DNA of 64,000 nucleotides from Octopus vulgaris (Eukaryota): NCBI GenBank assembly GCA_951406725.2, contig OX597822.1, positions 94,302,001 to 94,366,000 of the forward strand, read 5' to 3'. Shown piece by piece: positions 14,831 to 26,282 of this stretch (position 1 is its first letter; each line of letters starts with the position of its first letter). The notes under the pieces were generated by a model. It saw only the letters and a program-made list of their open reading frames with translations, ran no database searches and was not told where the DNA came from. The position numbers and the translations under genes were made by a program.

Positions 14831-15117
14831 ATATCACTCTGTAAACAGAAAAGTTCCTGAAGTAAACGCAGTGCAATATGCATCTAGAGTGTTGCTGACA
14901 TCAGGTAACCGAATACTGTAAACAAACTTTAAACCCGAATAGCTATATATATATATATAAGAACTTACTGTGGACAAGGCTGCGTGGTGTTCGATTTTAA
15001 ATAAATAAATAAATAAAAAATACACATTAAGTACAGGGCATCACCAATGAGCGAAAAAACACGTAAACACGGGACAAAGTACCAAAAATACACAGTAAGA
15101 AAAGGACATCAACAAAG

Positions 15118-15260
15118 AAGCTTGCTAACCAACCACATGGTTCCGGGTTCAGTCCCACTGCGTGGCATCTTGAGCAAGTGTCTTCTGCTATAGACTCGGG
15201 CCAACCAAAGCCTTGTGAGTGGATTTGGTAGACGGAAACTGAAAGAAGCCTGTCGTATAT
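15118..15260 (+). mobile_element. SINE family A 5' part running into (CATA)n
   Basis: Matches the head/core of 29176-29340. Confidence 0.75.
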
Positions 15261-15272
15261 ATGTATACATAC

Positions 15273-15303
<31 letters not shown>

Positions 15304-15830
15304 CATGCATATACATACATACATGCATGCATACATACATACATGCATACATACATACATACATGCATGCATGCATACATACATACATACATACATACAT
15401 GCATACATACATACATACATACATACATACATACATGCATATACATACATGCATACATACATACATGCATACATACATACATACATACATACATACATGC
15501 ATACATACATACATACATACATACATACATGCATATACATACATACATGCATGCATACATACATACATGCATACATACATACATGCATGCATACATACAT
15601 ACATACATACATACATACATACATGCATGCATACATACATACATACATACATACACACATGCATGCATACATACATACATGCATACATACATACATGCAT
15701 GCATACATACATATATGCATACATACATGCATGCATGCATACATACATACATACATACATGCATACATACATATATGTAAATGCATACATACATATATGT
15801 ATACACACGCACAAACATATATGCATACAT
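15261..15830. repeat. Compound (CATA)n/(CATG)n array
   Basis: Direct inspection. Confidence 0.95.
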
Positions 15831-16054
15831 ATAATACCTACACACACAACACACACACTCAGATATGTATATTCTCTCAAAGTATGCTTGAAATGTATAC
15901 AGCAAAAGATTGTTAAACTTAGATTCTTAATAAGATTCTTATACGAGGGTAATAGTAGAAATAATGAGAAAGTGGGCTTAACCTTTTTCATTAACTGATG
16001 TAGGTCGTTCAAAGCTTACACATTTGTAAAAGTAAGTTTTTCCTAATACAAAGA

Positions 16055-16720
16055 TACTCTCTTTACTCTTTTACTTGTTTCAGTCATGTGACTGTGGCCA
16101 TGCTGGAGCACCGCCTTCAGTCAATCAAATCGACCCCAGGACTTATTCTTTGTAAGCCTAGTACTTATTCTATCGCTCTCTTCTTTCCGAACCGCTAAGT
16201 TACGGGGACGTATACACACCAGCATCGGTTGTCAAGCGATGTTAGGGGGCCAAACACAGACGCACAAACACACACACGCACACATACACATATATATATA
16301 TATATACATATATACGACGGGCTTCTTTCAGTTTCCGTCTACCAAATCCACTCACAAGGCTTTGGTCGACCCGAGGCTATAGTAGAAGACACTAAAGGCG
16401 GCGAGCTGGCAGAAACGTTAGCACGCCGGGCGAAATGCGTTGCCGTATTTCGTCTGCCGTTACGTTCCGAGTTCAAATTCCGCCGAGGTCGACTTTGCCT
16501 TTCATCCTTTCGGGGTCGATAAATTAAGTACCAGTTACGCACTGGGGTCGATGTAATCGACTTAATCCGTTTGTCTGTCCTTGTTTGTCTCCTCTGTGTT
16601 TAGCCCCTTGTGGGTAATAAAGAAATATATAGTAGAAGACACTTACCCAAGGTGGCACGCAGTGCGACTGAACCCGGAACCATGTGGTTCGTAAGCAAGC
16701 TACTTACCACACAGCCACAC
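16055..16720 (-). mobile_element. SINE family A interrupted by SINE B
   Basis: Reverse complement of the family A consensus, split at 16393/16628. Confidence 0.85.
16394..16627 (+). mobile_element. tRNA-derived SINE family B with 16-bp TSD
   Basis: ggcggcgagctggcagaa..gagttcaaattcc..gcctttcatcctttcggggtcgataaattaagtaccag; TSD tatagtagaagacact at 16378-16393 and 16628-16643. Confidence 0.9.
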
Positions 16721-17932
16721 TCAATTTCCACCACAAGCGTTGCACTCATGCCATCGTTGAACCCAAACCTCGAATTCACTTTTAAAATGTTCAGTTGTGC
16801 AGTATTCTACCTACGTCTTCGCCACCAATTACACCTCGTCTATCATCAAAATCATTAATCCCTGAAAACTGTCCTTCATTTGAACGAACAGTTGCAAATC
16901 AGGGGTGGCCAGATCCGGGACGTACGGCGGAAGGAGTATCTATTAGCTATACCAATTTAATGATTGTCTGATTTGTTGCCCAAGATGTGTGTGGTCAAGC
17001 ATTTACCAATGGTGAACGTGGACCATCTTCAGAATCTTGTTCGGGTTCTTCCTCTTGGCTTCTGAGTATCCTAATGTACTGCTCAATATTCACGGTTTAA
17101 CTATCATCTAGAAATTCGAGTAGAGTGACGCTTTTTTTCATCCCCTCAAAACAGTCATCATGATATTCTGTGTCTGTCACCTGTTTTTGAGCCTCTTAGA
17201 TCTTGGAGAAGAGATGTGACGAAAGTCTAGGTACTGAGGCTTTGTTTTCGGATCATGAATATATCCCCACGTTTGAACGGATCAGAGCGGACTTCTATCA
17301 TTCTGTCTTTCAAATTAGGTGTCATCTACAGTGGAAGCCACTTGGAACACACTTTGCGACACCCAGAGACTTCCAGCATTTTCTGTAATGTATTGTGACA
17401 CAGTCCAGTTGTGGCGTGAGCAAACAGATTGTGACACGTCTGTGCAAGTGAATCAATTTGTCCACTCATTGGAAATTCATTTCAATCGTCGTAGTTGATG
17501 ATCTCTCGCAGAGTGATTTGCCTTTAATGTCAGTTTCCTCTTCTTTAAACTTCCTAATCCATCAGTACACATTGGTGTTATCAATGATGTCATCTCAATA
17601 AACAGTCTGCAGCTTTCTGGTGAATATGGGACTAACTCGCACTCATCCTTCGTCAAGAATTCAAGGTTGGCATATTGCTTCTGCTTGGAACCTATTTTTG
17701 GTCAGCAGTGAAGAAGAACAGGGAGAAACGTAATCATAGAAGAAGACGAATTACTCTATCAACATGTGTAATTTGAACAATCTATGTTAGTTAATATAAA
17801 AGTTATGTCCATTTCTGCATTTGGGTACAACTCTCATGCATTTACTATTTATGATTTAAAAACATGATAATCTAGTTAAAATAAAATAAAATAGCTTCTT
17901 ATACATACATACATACATACATACATACACAC

Positions 17933-18004
<72 letters not shown>

Positions 18005-18044
18005 GTGCTTACACTTACCAAGTATTCACCCTAAATTTGCAGTA

Positions 18045-18096
<52 letters not shown>

Positions 18097-18097
<1 letters not shown>

Positions 18098-18275
18098 CGG
18101 GAAGGTTTACGAAAATAAACAAAAGACGAAGGCAGGTGGAGTACAAACAAACAAATGTATTAGTATAGCGCTCAGGAATAGAAATAAAACAAGTCTTCGA
18201 CAGAAAGGTACACAGAAAAGAAACAAGGAGTGAAAAAGGAGAGAAAAAAATTGCGTTGTAGGGGCTAACGATCCA
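18097..18275 (-). mobile_element. (TA)n-inserted hammerhead mini-element family H, copy with ribozyme core partly deleted
   Basis: Near-identical to 18927-19128 but lacks the GAAAC/stem II segment. Confidence 0.75.
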
Positions 18276-18286
18276 TATATATACAT

Positions 18287-18455
18287 GTGGATCATTGGCG
18301 ATTTTTTCCTCCGTCCCCTGTTTCCGACGTAGAGTTTTGCACGAAACGTAAAACTACCTTTCTTTCCTTCCCTGGGCGTCTGCTAGTACTTTGCATGTAC
18401 AACGTTCTCGCGTTGTTGTTTTTTTCTTGTGTTTGTTCTTCGTTTTTTGTGGGGG
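18287..18455 (+). mobile_element. Related mini-element with decayed hammerhead
   Basis: gttt-ccgacgta-gagttttgcac-gaaac-gta-aaac at 18320-18354. Confidence 0.5.
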
Positions 18456-18483
18456 GCGGGGTGGATTTACACACAGACACACA

Positions 18484-18541
<58 letters not shown>

Positions 18542-18889
18542 TTCATTTTGTTAGAGTGGTGAATCTCGAAGCAGATAAATCTGTAAATAAAAGTGTGTAA
18601 ATGCTAGATTGAAAATCCCTTGGGATAGAATATTCACATGCTTTTATTTATAGCTTTATCTGCTTCGAGGTTCACCGCTCCAAAGAAGAATTATTTTACG
18701 TTCTCGAAGTTTCTAAATTCTTATAGCTGTTTGGAGCCCAGCGACAGATGCTCCATATGCATATAAATGCTCGGTCACAACAAATTCTCAAAGAATACTT
18801 TATTGTACCAAATTACAAACATATTTCTCCATAACTTGAGTTTCCCTGAGCATCCGTTGTGGTTGAGCATCTAATTTCTTATAGCGTCG

Positions 18890-18926
<37 letters not shown>

Positions 18927-18928
<2 letters not shown>

Positions 18929-19128
18929 CGGGAAAGTTTACGAAAATAAACAAAAGACGAAGGCAGGTGGAGTACAAACAAACAAATGTATTAGTATAGC
19001 GCTCAGGAATAGAAATAGAAAAAGTCTTTTATGTTTCGAGCCTACACTCTTCGACAGAAAGATACATAGAAAAAAAACGAGGAGAGAAAAAAAATGCGTG
19101 TAGGATCTAACGATCTATCATGGCGTCC
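18927..19128 (-). mobile_element. Hammerhead mini-element family H
   Basis: Flanked by (TA)n. Minus strand tcttt-ctgtcgaa-gagt-gtag-gctc-gaaac-ata-aaaga (19025-19062). Confidence 0.75.
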
Positions 19129-19144
19129 TATATATATATATATA

Positions 19145-19320
19145 GTTGAAATTTTTAGAAAAACAAAAGACAAAGATGGATGTATGTACAACAAGCAAGT
19201 GTGTTAGTTTGACGCTCGGGAAAATTAAAAAGTCTTTAACATTTTGAGCCTTCGTTCTTCAACAGAAAGGATTAAGAGAAAATAAACAGAGAGAGAGAAT
19301 GAAAACAACTTGTAGGCTTC
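19145..19320 (-). mobile_element. Diverged family H copy
   Basis: ctttctgttgaagaacgaaggctcaaaatgttaaaga on the minus strand (19233-19270). Confidence 0.6.
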
Positions 19321-19469
19321 AACATGTAGAAGAGCACTCGATCAGCTAAGAGAGTAAAGATAATGTTATAATAAAAAGCACAAGTCTTGTAAAATATAAC
19401 TATCCAGGATGTTTCGGCCAGGAAACCCTAGGTAGCTGTAATTAACAAGACATGCGATTTTTATTATAT

Positions 19470-19699
19470 TTACACACACACACACACATACATGCATGCA
19501 TACATGCATACATGCATATATACATATATATGCATATATATATATATATATGTATGTATATATATGTATACATGCATGCATATACATACATACATTCATA
19601 CATACATACATACATACATGAATACATACATACATACATATATACATACACAGACACGCACACATACATACATACATATATACATACACAGACACGCAC

Positions 19700-19732
<33 letters not shown>

Positions 19733-20253
19733 CATACACACACACGCACACATATATACATACATGCATACATACATGCATACATACATACATACATACA
19801 TACATACATACATGCATACATACATACATACATACATACATACATACATACATACATACATACATACAAATGGGTGCTGAAAAGTTCCTGGTTTTTATGG
19901 TAACGCGAAAGGCCCGGTTGAAAGCCAAACCTTCTGAGTTCTTTTACAGGGCTTAGAAAAACTGAAGGACCGCTGCAATGAGTGTGTGAATCTGAGAGGG
20001 GAATATATTGAATAAAGCCATAATTAACTGATCCTCGTCTATTTTCTTTTGCCCAAAGCCAGGAAGTTTTCAGTACCTCCTCATGTATGTATGTATGCAT
20101 GTATGTATGTATGTATGTATGTATGTATGTATGTATGTATGTATGTATGTATGTATGTATGTATGTATGTATGTATGTATGTATGTATGCATGTATGTAT
20201 GCATGTATGTATGCATGTATGTATGTATGTATGTATGTATGCATGCATGTATG

Positions 20254-20284
<31 letters not shown>

Positions 20285-20451
20285 GAATGAATGTATGTAT
20301 GTATGTATGTATGTATGTATGCATGTATGTATGTATCCATGCATGTATGTATGTATGTATTCATGCATGTATGTATGTATGTATGTATGTATGTATTTAT
20401 GTATGTATGTATGTATGCATGTATGTATATATGTGTGCGTGTGTGTGTATG

Positions 20452-20483
<32 letters not shown>

Positions 20484-20519
20484 CATGCATGCATGTATGT
20501 ATGTATGTATGTATGTATG

Positions 20520-20550
<31 letters not shown>

Positions 20551-20685
20551 GAATGAATGTATGTATGTATGCATGTATGTATCCATGCATGTAGGTATGT
20601 ATGTATTCATGCATGTATGTATGTATGTATGTATTTATGTATGTATGTATGCATGTATGTATATATGTGTGCGTGTGTGTGTATG

Positions 20686-20719
<34 letters not shown>

Positions 20720-20855
20720 TGTATGTATGTATGTATGTATGTGTGCGTGTCTGTGTATGTATATATGTATGTATATATGTGTGCGTGTGTGTGTATGTAT
20801 GCATGTATGTATTTATGTATGTATGTATGTATGCATGCATGCATGTATGTATGAA
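19470..20855. repeat. (CATA)n left arm and (TATG)n right arm around the MITE
   Basis: The strand polarity of the tetranucleotide array flips at the MITE. Confidence 0.9.
19867..20084. mobile_element. Mariner-derived MITE
   Basis: TIRs ggtgctgaaaagttcctggtttt / aaagccaggaagttttcagtacc, TA-flanked. Confidence 0.75.
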
Positions 20856-20889
20856 TGCACCACGTATATATAAACACGCATGTATATCT

Positions 20890-21438
20890 GTAAAAAACTG
20901 ATTTAAGTCAGGTGATTATATATTCACATTTTTCGGACCAAAATTTACAGCTAAAATAATGTAGGTCGACTTATACTCCAAGACGACCATATAGGACCAA
21001 AAGCTCCATGTGAAATGCAGTAGGATTTGAATAGCTTATAACCATCTTTGAATGTTTACACTTCAGGCCCGCCGTGACAACATATAACAAGTCCTGTTAC
21101 CTTTTAATTCTCTTTATACTTACTTTGTGTTCATATTTATGTGCGATTATAATTGTAAATAAAAGCAAATATTTAAAATGAAAATTGAAATAATACAACG
21201 TTCTTTCAAACGGAGACTTTTTTTCCTTTGCCTTTTTTTTTCATCCTTTAGCGAAAACTTACATTTCCCCCTGCAAAGAAAAACCTCTAGCAGAATGATT
21301 ATTCAGAAGAAAGGGTTCGACTTATACGATGAGTATCGACTAAAATATTGATTTTTTTTTTTACTGAAAATTTTACCTCGATCTATACATCACGTCGACT
21401 TATATACTATGTCGGCTTGAATGTCGGAAAATAGTGTA
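20890..21438. mobile_element. Decayed Tc2/pogo-like DNA element
   Basis: Repeated tcgacttata motifs (about 20966, 21316, 21395) and a right end tcggaaaatagtg|ta resembling the inverse of ccgtattttccg. Confidence 0.4.
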
Positions 21439-21465
21439 CCCTTGTACAACCCAGCGTAAATAAGA

Positions 21466-21848
21466 TCTCTCTCTATATAAACGGCAGTTTGTCTGTGCGT
21501 GTTTCTGTGTGTCTGTTTGCTTGTACCCTCACCCTGACCACGGCTTTCAACCGATTCTGATGAAACTTGACACACACATAGCCCAATGTCATAATTAAAA
21601 ACTAACGCAGCGAAAATTTTGAAAAGTTCCCCCAGTTCTGAAAAAAATCGATAAATTCGACATGGGGTCGAGAATCAGAAACACAAACCGCAAACTGTCT
21701 AGGGGACGCAACTCCATCTTTTTTACTCTCAAAAAAAATTTACCATCATTTTTTTCCATTTTTTTGCTATTTTTTGGCTATAACTCTCTAAAAATGCTTT
21801 ATAGTTATTTCCCTTACAAACCTGAGCAACGCCGGGCGATACTGCTAG
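21466..21848 (+). mobile_element. Non-autonomous Helitron sharing its 3' end with 1207-1723
   Basis: A|TC start (TCTCTCTCTATATAAA). The last ~70 nt (taactctctaaaaatgc...cgccgggcgatactgCTAG|T) are nearly identical to the first copy. Confidence 0.8.
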
Positions 21849-22320
21849 TCTGAAATAAATTTAAATATTATAAAATCTGACTGTCGGTTAGATAAGAATA
21901 AAAAAGATCCTACATTTCAGATCACGAGGCTAGATTTATCCAGTGTTGATTGCTTCCATTACGACCAACATTATGATGGATCTCCGAGCTCCAGAAACAG
22001 CTGTTGGATTTATAACACCTTTCTTCCTCCCCTTTAATTTTCTCTGTTGTTTGTACCCTGTGTAAGTTTGATCTATAAAAATAAATAGCTATATATTCAT
22101 ACTTACGTATTCATCGTCTGAAAGTCTCCACTCTTTGCTTTCTCTCGTTTTGCATGTATACATATATGCATATTTTGTATTCCATACCCAAGCTGTTATA
22201 CTTAATATATCTATTTTGTTTATCAGCATAATTGCCGCTCTCTGTATGTATGTATGTATGTATGTATGTATGTATGTATGTATGTATGTATGTATGCATG
22301 TGTGTGTATATATAATAACA

Positions 22321-22395
<75 letters not shown>

Positions 22396-22684
22396 TAAGC
22401 AAAGGCTAAAGAAAGTTTTCTAAAGCCAATATACTGAAATCCACGTTTAATCTACTTGCTACAGAAAATATACATACATGCATACATACATACACAAAAT
22501 ATTTTTGAAAAACGGTGATATGGGATACATCTTTATATCCTGTTATATTCAAAGAGAATATAACGTCGAACATACATACACAAATACATACGCAAACATG
22601 TTATACATGCACCCATACGCACAGATAGATAGATACATGCATATATACATATACGCATAAATATATACACATATATACATATAT

Positions 22685-22914
22685 ATTTCTTTACTACCCA
22701 CAAGGGGCTAAACACAGAGGGGACAAGCAAGGACAGACAAAGAGATTAAGTCGTTTAGATTGACCCCAGTGCGTAACTGGTACTTAATTTATCGACCCCG
22801 AAAGGATGAAAGGCAAAGTCGACCTCGGCGGAATTTGAACTCGGAACGTAGCGACAGACGAAATACGGCTACGCATTTCGCCCGGTGTTCTAACGATTCT
22901 GCCAGCTCGCCGCC
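22685..22914 (-). mobile_element. SINE family B
   Basis: Reverse complement of 16397-16627. Confidence 0.9.
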
Positions 22915-23141
22915 TTTATGTATACATATAGGCACCCATATATGTATATACACGCACAAACACAATCACACACCCCGCGCGCACACACATGCTCATGTGT
23001 GCGCACACAGCCTTCACCTTATCAATTTTAATCTATTTTCCTCCTATTTTGAAATACAGATTAAATGTGGATCCTTAGTTTTCTAAATATTATTTCTCCC
23101 TTATTTTGTGATTCAATATTTGTGTTATCTCATGAACCTAC

Positions 23142-23405
23142 CTAACAGAAGAAATACATAATCAAATTGTAGGCGGAACATTTGATAGTACAGCCGAACG
23201 CAAGCCCCTGATTTTAACATGAGACATCTGGCCCTTGGGCATCTTAGGCAATATGTTGCAATCATTCTGATTAAAGTCCTGGTTTTCTTCCCACCCACGT
23301 TTTTCCCATCTGCCATTGATATACAGACGTCCAGGATGGGCATTAATCACATTAAATCTTACAGCTTGTGAGGGCTAATAAAGGTTATACGTATTTCCTC
23401 ATTTC
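23142..23405 (-). pseudogene. Speculative decayed exon of a secreted Cys-rich precursor (eclosion-hormone/proenkephalin-type Cys spacing)
   Basis: Unique sequence between cacag| and AG|gtaggt, ATG at 23402. Reading through one stop and two frameshifts gives a signal-like N-terminus, a KR site, then C-x3-C-x2-C-x12-C-x3-(Y)-x9-(Y). Confidence 0.3.
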
Positions 23406-23593
23406 CTGTGACTAGCATTGAAAGGTTTCATATCTGCTTCATTTTTTACGATTATGTTTGCATCTCATTAATATTTTATTAACTTTGTTTCACCACTCTT
23501 GCTTGTCGGCAAGCGTGTGCCAGGACGATGGTAACTATATACGTTGACAATTTTCATTCAGTTGTCTTGCATAAGCTTGCAATGTTCACTTAT

Positions 23594-23824
23594 CCCTTTG
23601 CCTGTCCCGTGTATCACATGTGATACACGGGACATATTTCCCTGGAATCCATACAGCACGTATGATAAACATTTTCAATTATTTTTTCAACAATCAGGAT
23701 AACTTGGGACTTAAGAAAGGAACGTTCTGTATTACTCAGAACGTTTGAAACAAGGACTAACTAAAAATCTAAAAACAAGCATGGGCGTTTGGGACAAACT
23801 TATGAAAATACTTTAAACAAAGGG
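23594..23824. mobile_element. piggyBac-like MITE
   Basis: TTAT|CCCTTTG...CAAAGGG|TTAA; perfect 32-bp subterminal palindrome at 23603-23634. Confidence 0.6.
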
Positions 23825-23919
23825 TTAAAGACGGCTTTGTAATTTTGTTCCATTCTTTTTTTTTTTTTAGCGTTACACTTCCTGAAACATCACTTCATCA
23901 TTTTCGTTTCAGGTTTGTA

Positions 23920-25474
23920 TCAAGGTGAATCAAAGTTTTTTCGGATTTTCACTGATGACTTTTGGCAACTTGTATTTCCATTTTTATATCATTAATTTGA
24001 TACAACTTGTTGTTTAATCGTTGTTGAATTGTTTATTCTTTATTATTATATATTACATGTATACATTTATTGTTAACTCTTTATGTTACATCTTTGATAA
24101 TGAGTGGTGAAAAAATTGCAATCAGAACCATTTTACATTCCCCATGGAAGAAAAATGGACTGAGTGCAAGGAGAGCAGTAGAAGAACTTTATGATGTGAA
24201 AGGCTCAGAAACTGTCAACTAACGTGTGGTACAAAACTAGTTCAGGCGTTTCAAGGAAGGTGACACCAGCCTCGAAGACAAACCAATGTCAAGATCTTCT
24301 GTTTTGGAAGATGTAGTTTTGCTTGAATTAGTTGAACAACAACCAAGCACAAACACTCGTACATTGCCGGAAGGGCTAGGTTCTTCACAGAGCACCTTCA
24401 GTCGACATCTGTATAAGCTCGGCCTTGTAAACAGACACTGTCGAGAAGCTCCTCAGGAATGACCAATAACCATGCTCAACAAAGTGTGAACATTTGCAAA
24501 CAACTTCTGGCCAATGCTCGAGATGTCTGTTTTTAGCGACGAATTGTTACTGGGGATGAAAAATGGGTCTATTTCGGTAATCCTAATAAGAAAAATCAGT
24601 GGCTTCGTTCCGGCTAGGCTTCAGAAACTGTTGTCAAACAAAGGAGCTTTGAATAGAAGGTCATATTGTGTGTTTGGTTGAATTTTGAGGTGGGGGTGTC
24701 TTGCACCTTGAACTTGTCCCTGATGATCATGATGTGAAAGCTAACCTTTATGCTCAACAACTGCAGCGAGTATATGATACTTTGAAAGCCTACTACACTG
24801 CATTGGTCAATCAAAGACGCGAACTCTTACAGCATGGTAGTGCCCCAGCACACACTGCCAATGTGACGAAGCACAAACTCGAGGAACTTAAGGGTTGGAA
24901 GTGTTGCCTCACCCTACCTACAGTGCAGACTTTGCACCATCGAATTACCACCTTCTCCGAACCATGGTTCATTTCCTGTACGGACGGGAGGTTCAACAAG
25001 GTTGATGATGTTGAAAACAGGAGCTAGGAGTTTATTGCTCCTGGAGGCGCTTGGCTTAGTGGTTAGGGTGTCAGCACCATGATCGTAAGATTGTGGTTTC
25101 GATTCCTGAACCAGGCGACGCGTTGTGTTCTTGAGCAAAACACTTCATTTCACGTTGCTCCAGTCCACTCAGCTGGCAAAAATGAGTAACGCTGCGATGG
25201 ACTGGCGTTCCGTCCAGCTGGGGAACACATACGCCATAGAAGCCGGGAAACCGGGAAACCGGGCCCATGAGCCTGGCTAGGCTTTAAAAGGGTTCATTTA
25301 TTATTTTTAAACCATCTAGATGGTATAACCGTGTAACTGAACTTCTGGCACAACGATAGCAACAGACAATAGAATATGACTAGATATATATTGATGCATA
25401 AATGCTTTTTGTACGTAACTTGTTGGAAATATTAATTAAAACTTGAAATACAAAAAACTTTTGACTCAACCTGG
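23920..25474 (+). mobile_element. Full-length dead mariner (DD34D-type) with SINE insertion
   Basis: TA TSDs; TIRs tcaaggtgaatcaaagtttttt / aaaaaacttttgactcaacctgg. Transposase remnants from ATG at about 24100: RIVTGDEKWVY, LQHGSAPAH, HPTYSADFAPSNYHL. About 1.3 kb without the SINE. Confidence 0.9.
25043..25300 (+). mobile_element. SINE family C inside the mariner
   Basis: tRNA-like head; tail gctgcgatggactggcg..ccgggcccatgagc, shared with 32121-32390 and 53369-53600. Confidence 0.85.
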
Positions 25475-25876
25475 TATTTTGTTTTAATTGTGCATTCAAT
25501 TCTCTTCTTTGAAAGTATACAAGAACACGCGCTAAATCAATGTTTCAGTCAGAATTTTAAAAAAAATACATTTTGTTGAATATTGTCGAGATTGAATAAT
25601 AGAGTTTCAAATGTCCTGGAAGTCGATATGGCTTTAATGATATTATCAATAAAAACAAACAAAATTTAGACAGTTATTTATTTGGAAAGAAGGTAATAAA
25701 TACCATAATCGCGTGTGTAAATATATGAGTGTATGTGAGTGGGTGTACATACACACAAACACATCTGCTTATCTATCAACAGACAGACAGACAGATAGAC
25801 AGACAGACAGACAAGCTGATAAAGAGACAGACTGATAGACAAATAGAGACAGATAGATTGATAGATAGACGGACTG

Positions 25877-25957
<81 letters not shown>

Positions 25958-26282
25958 GACAGATATATTCATATATGTGTTTGTATGTGTGTGTATGGTT
26001 GCTGTCGTAATACTGGGTTCTATCTTCTATCCATAATAAAAGAATTTTAAATTGCTTCCAAGCACGCGCACACAAACATATATAAATACATACATACATA
26101 CATACATACATACATACATACATACATGCATACATACGTACATACATACACACACCTATAAACATATTTACACGCGATTATGGTATTTCATTTCATTCAA
26201 TAATTATTTAAATTGTTTACATAATATTATCATTATTATTATTATTGTTGTTGTTGTTGCTGTAGTTGTTGTTGAGTTAAGA

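Larger units (their letters stand above)
15944..17850 (-). mobile_element. Degenerate mariner transposon interrupted by nested SINEs
   Basis: Minus-strand PPYVPDLATPDL (YSPDLAPSD-like) at about 16890-16935. TA|cgagggtaatagtagaaataatgaga end, with a partial inverse near 17832-17850. About 1.25 kb after removing the SINEs. Confidence 0.6.

Noticed and set aside
16397-16490. tRNA genes in SINE heads
   Set aside because: A/B boxes are present but continue into SINE bodies; no complete cloverleaf.
19366-20901. Long MYVC/HTYI-repeat ORFs (also 15109-16012, 30183-31325, 45556-47513)
   Set aside because: Stop-free translations of tetra- and dinucleotide repeats.
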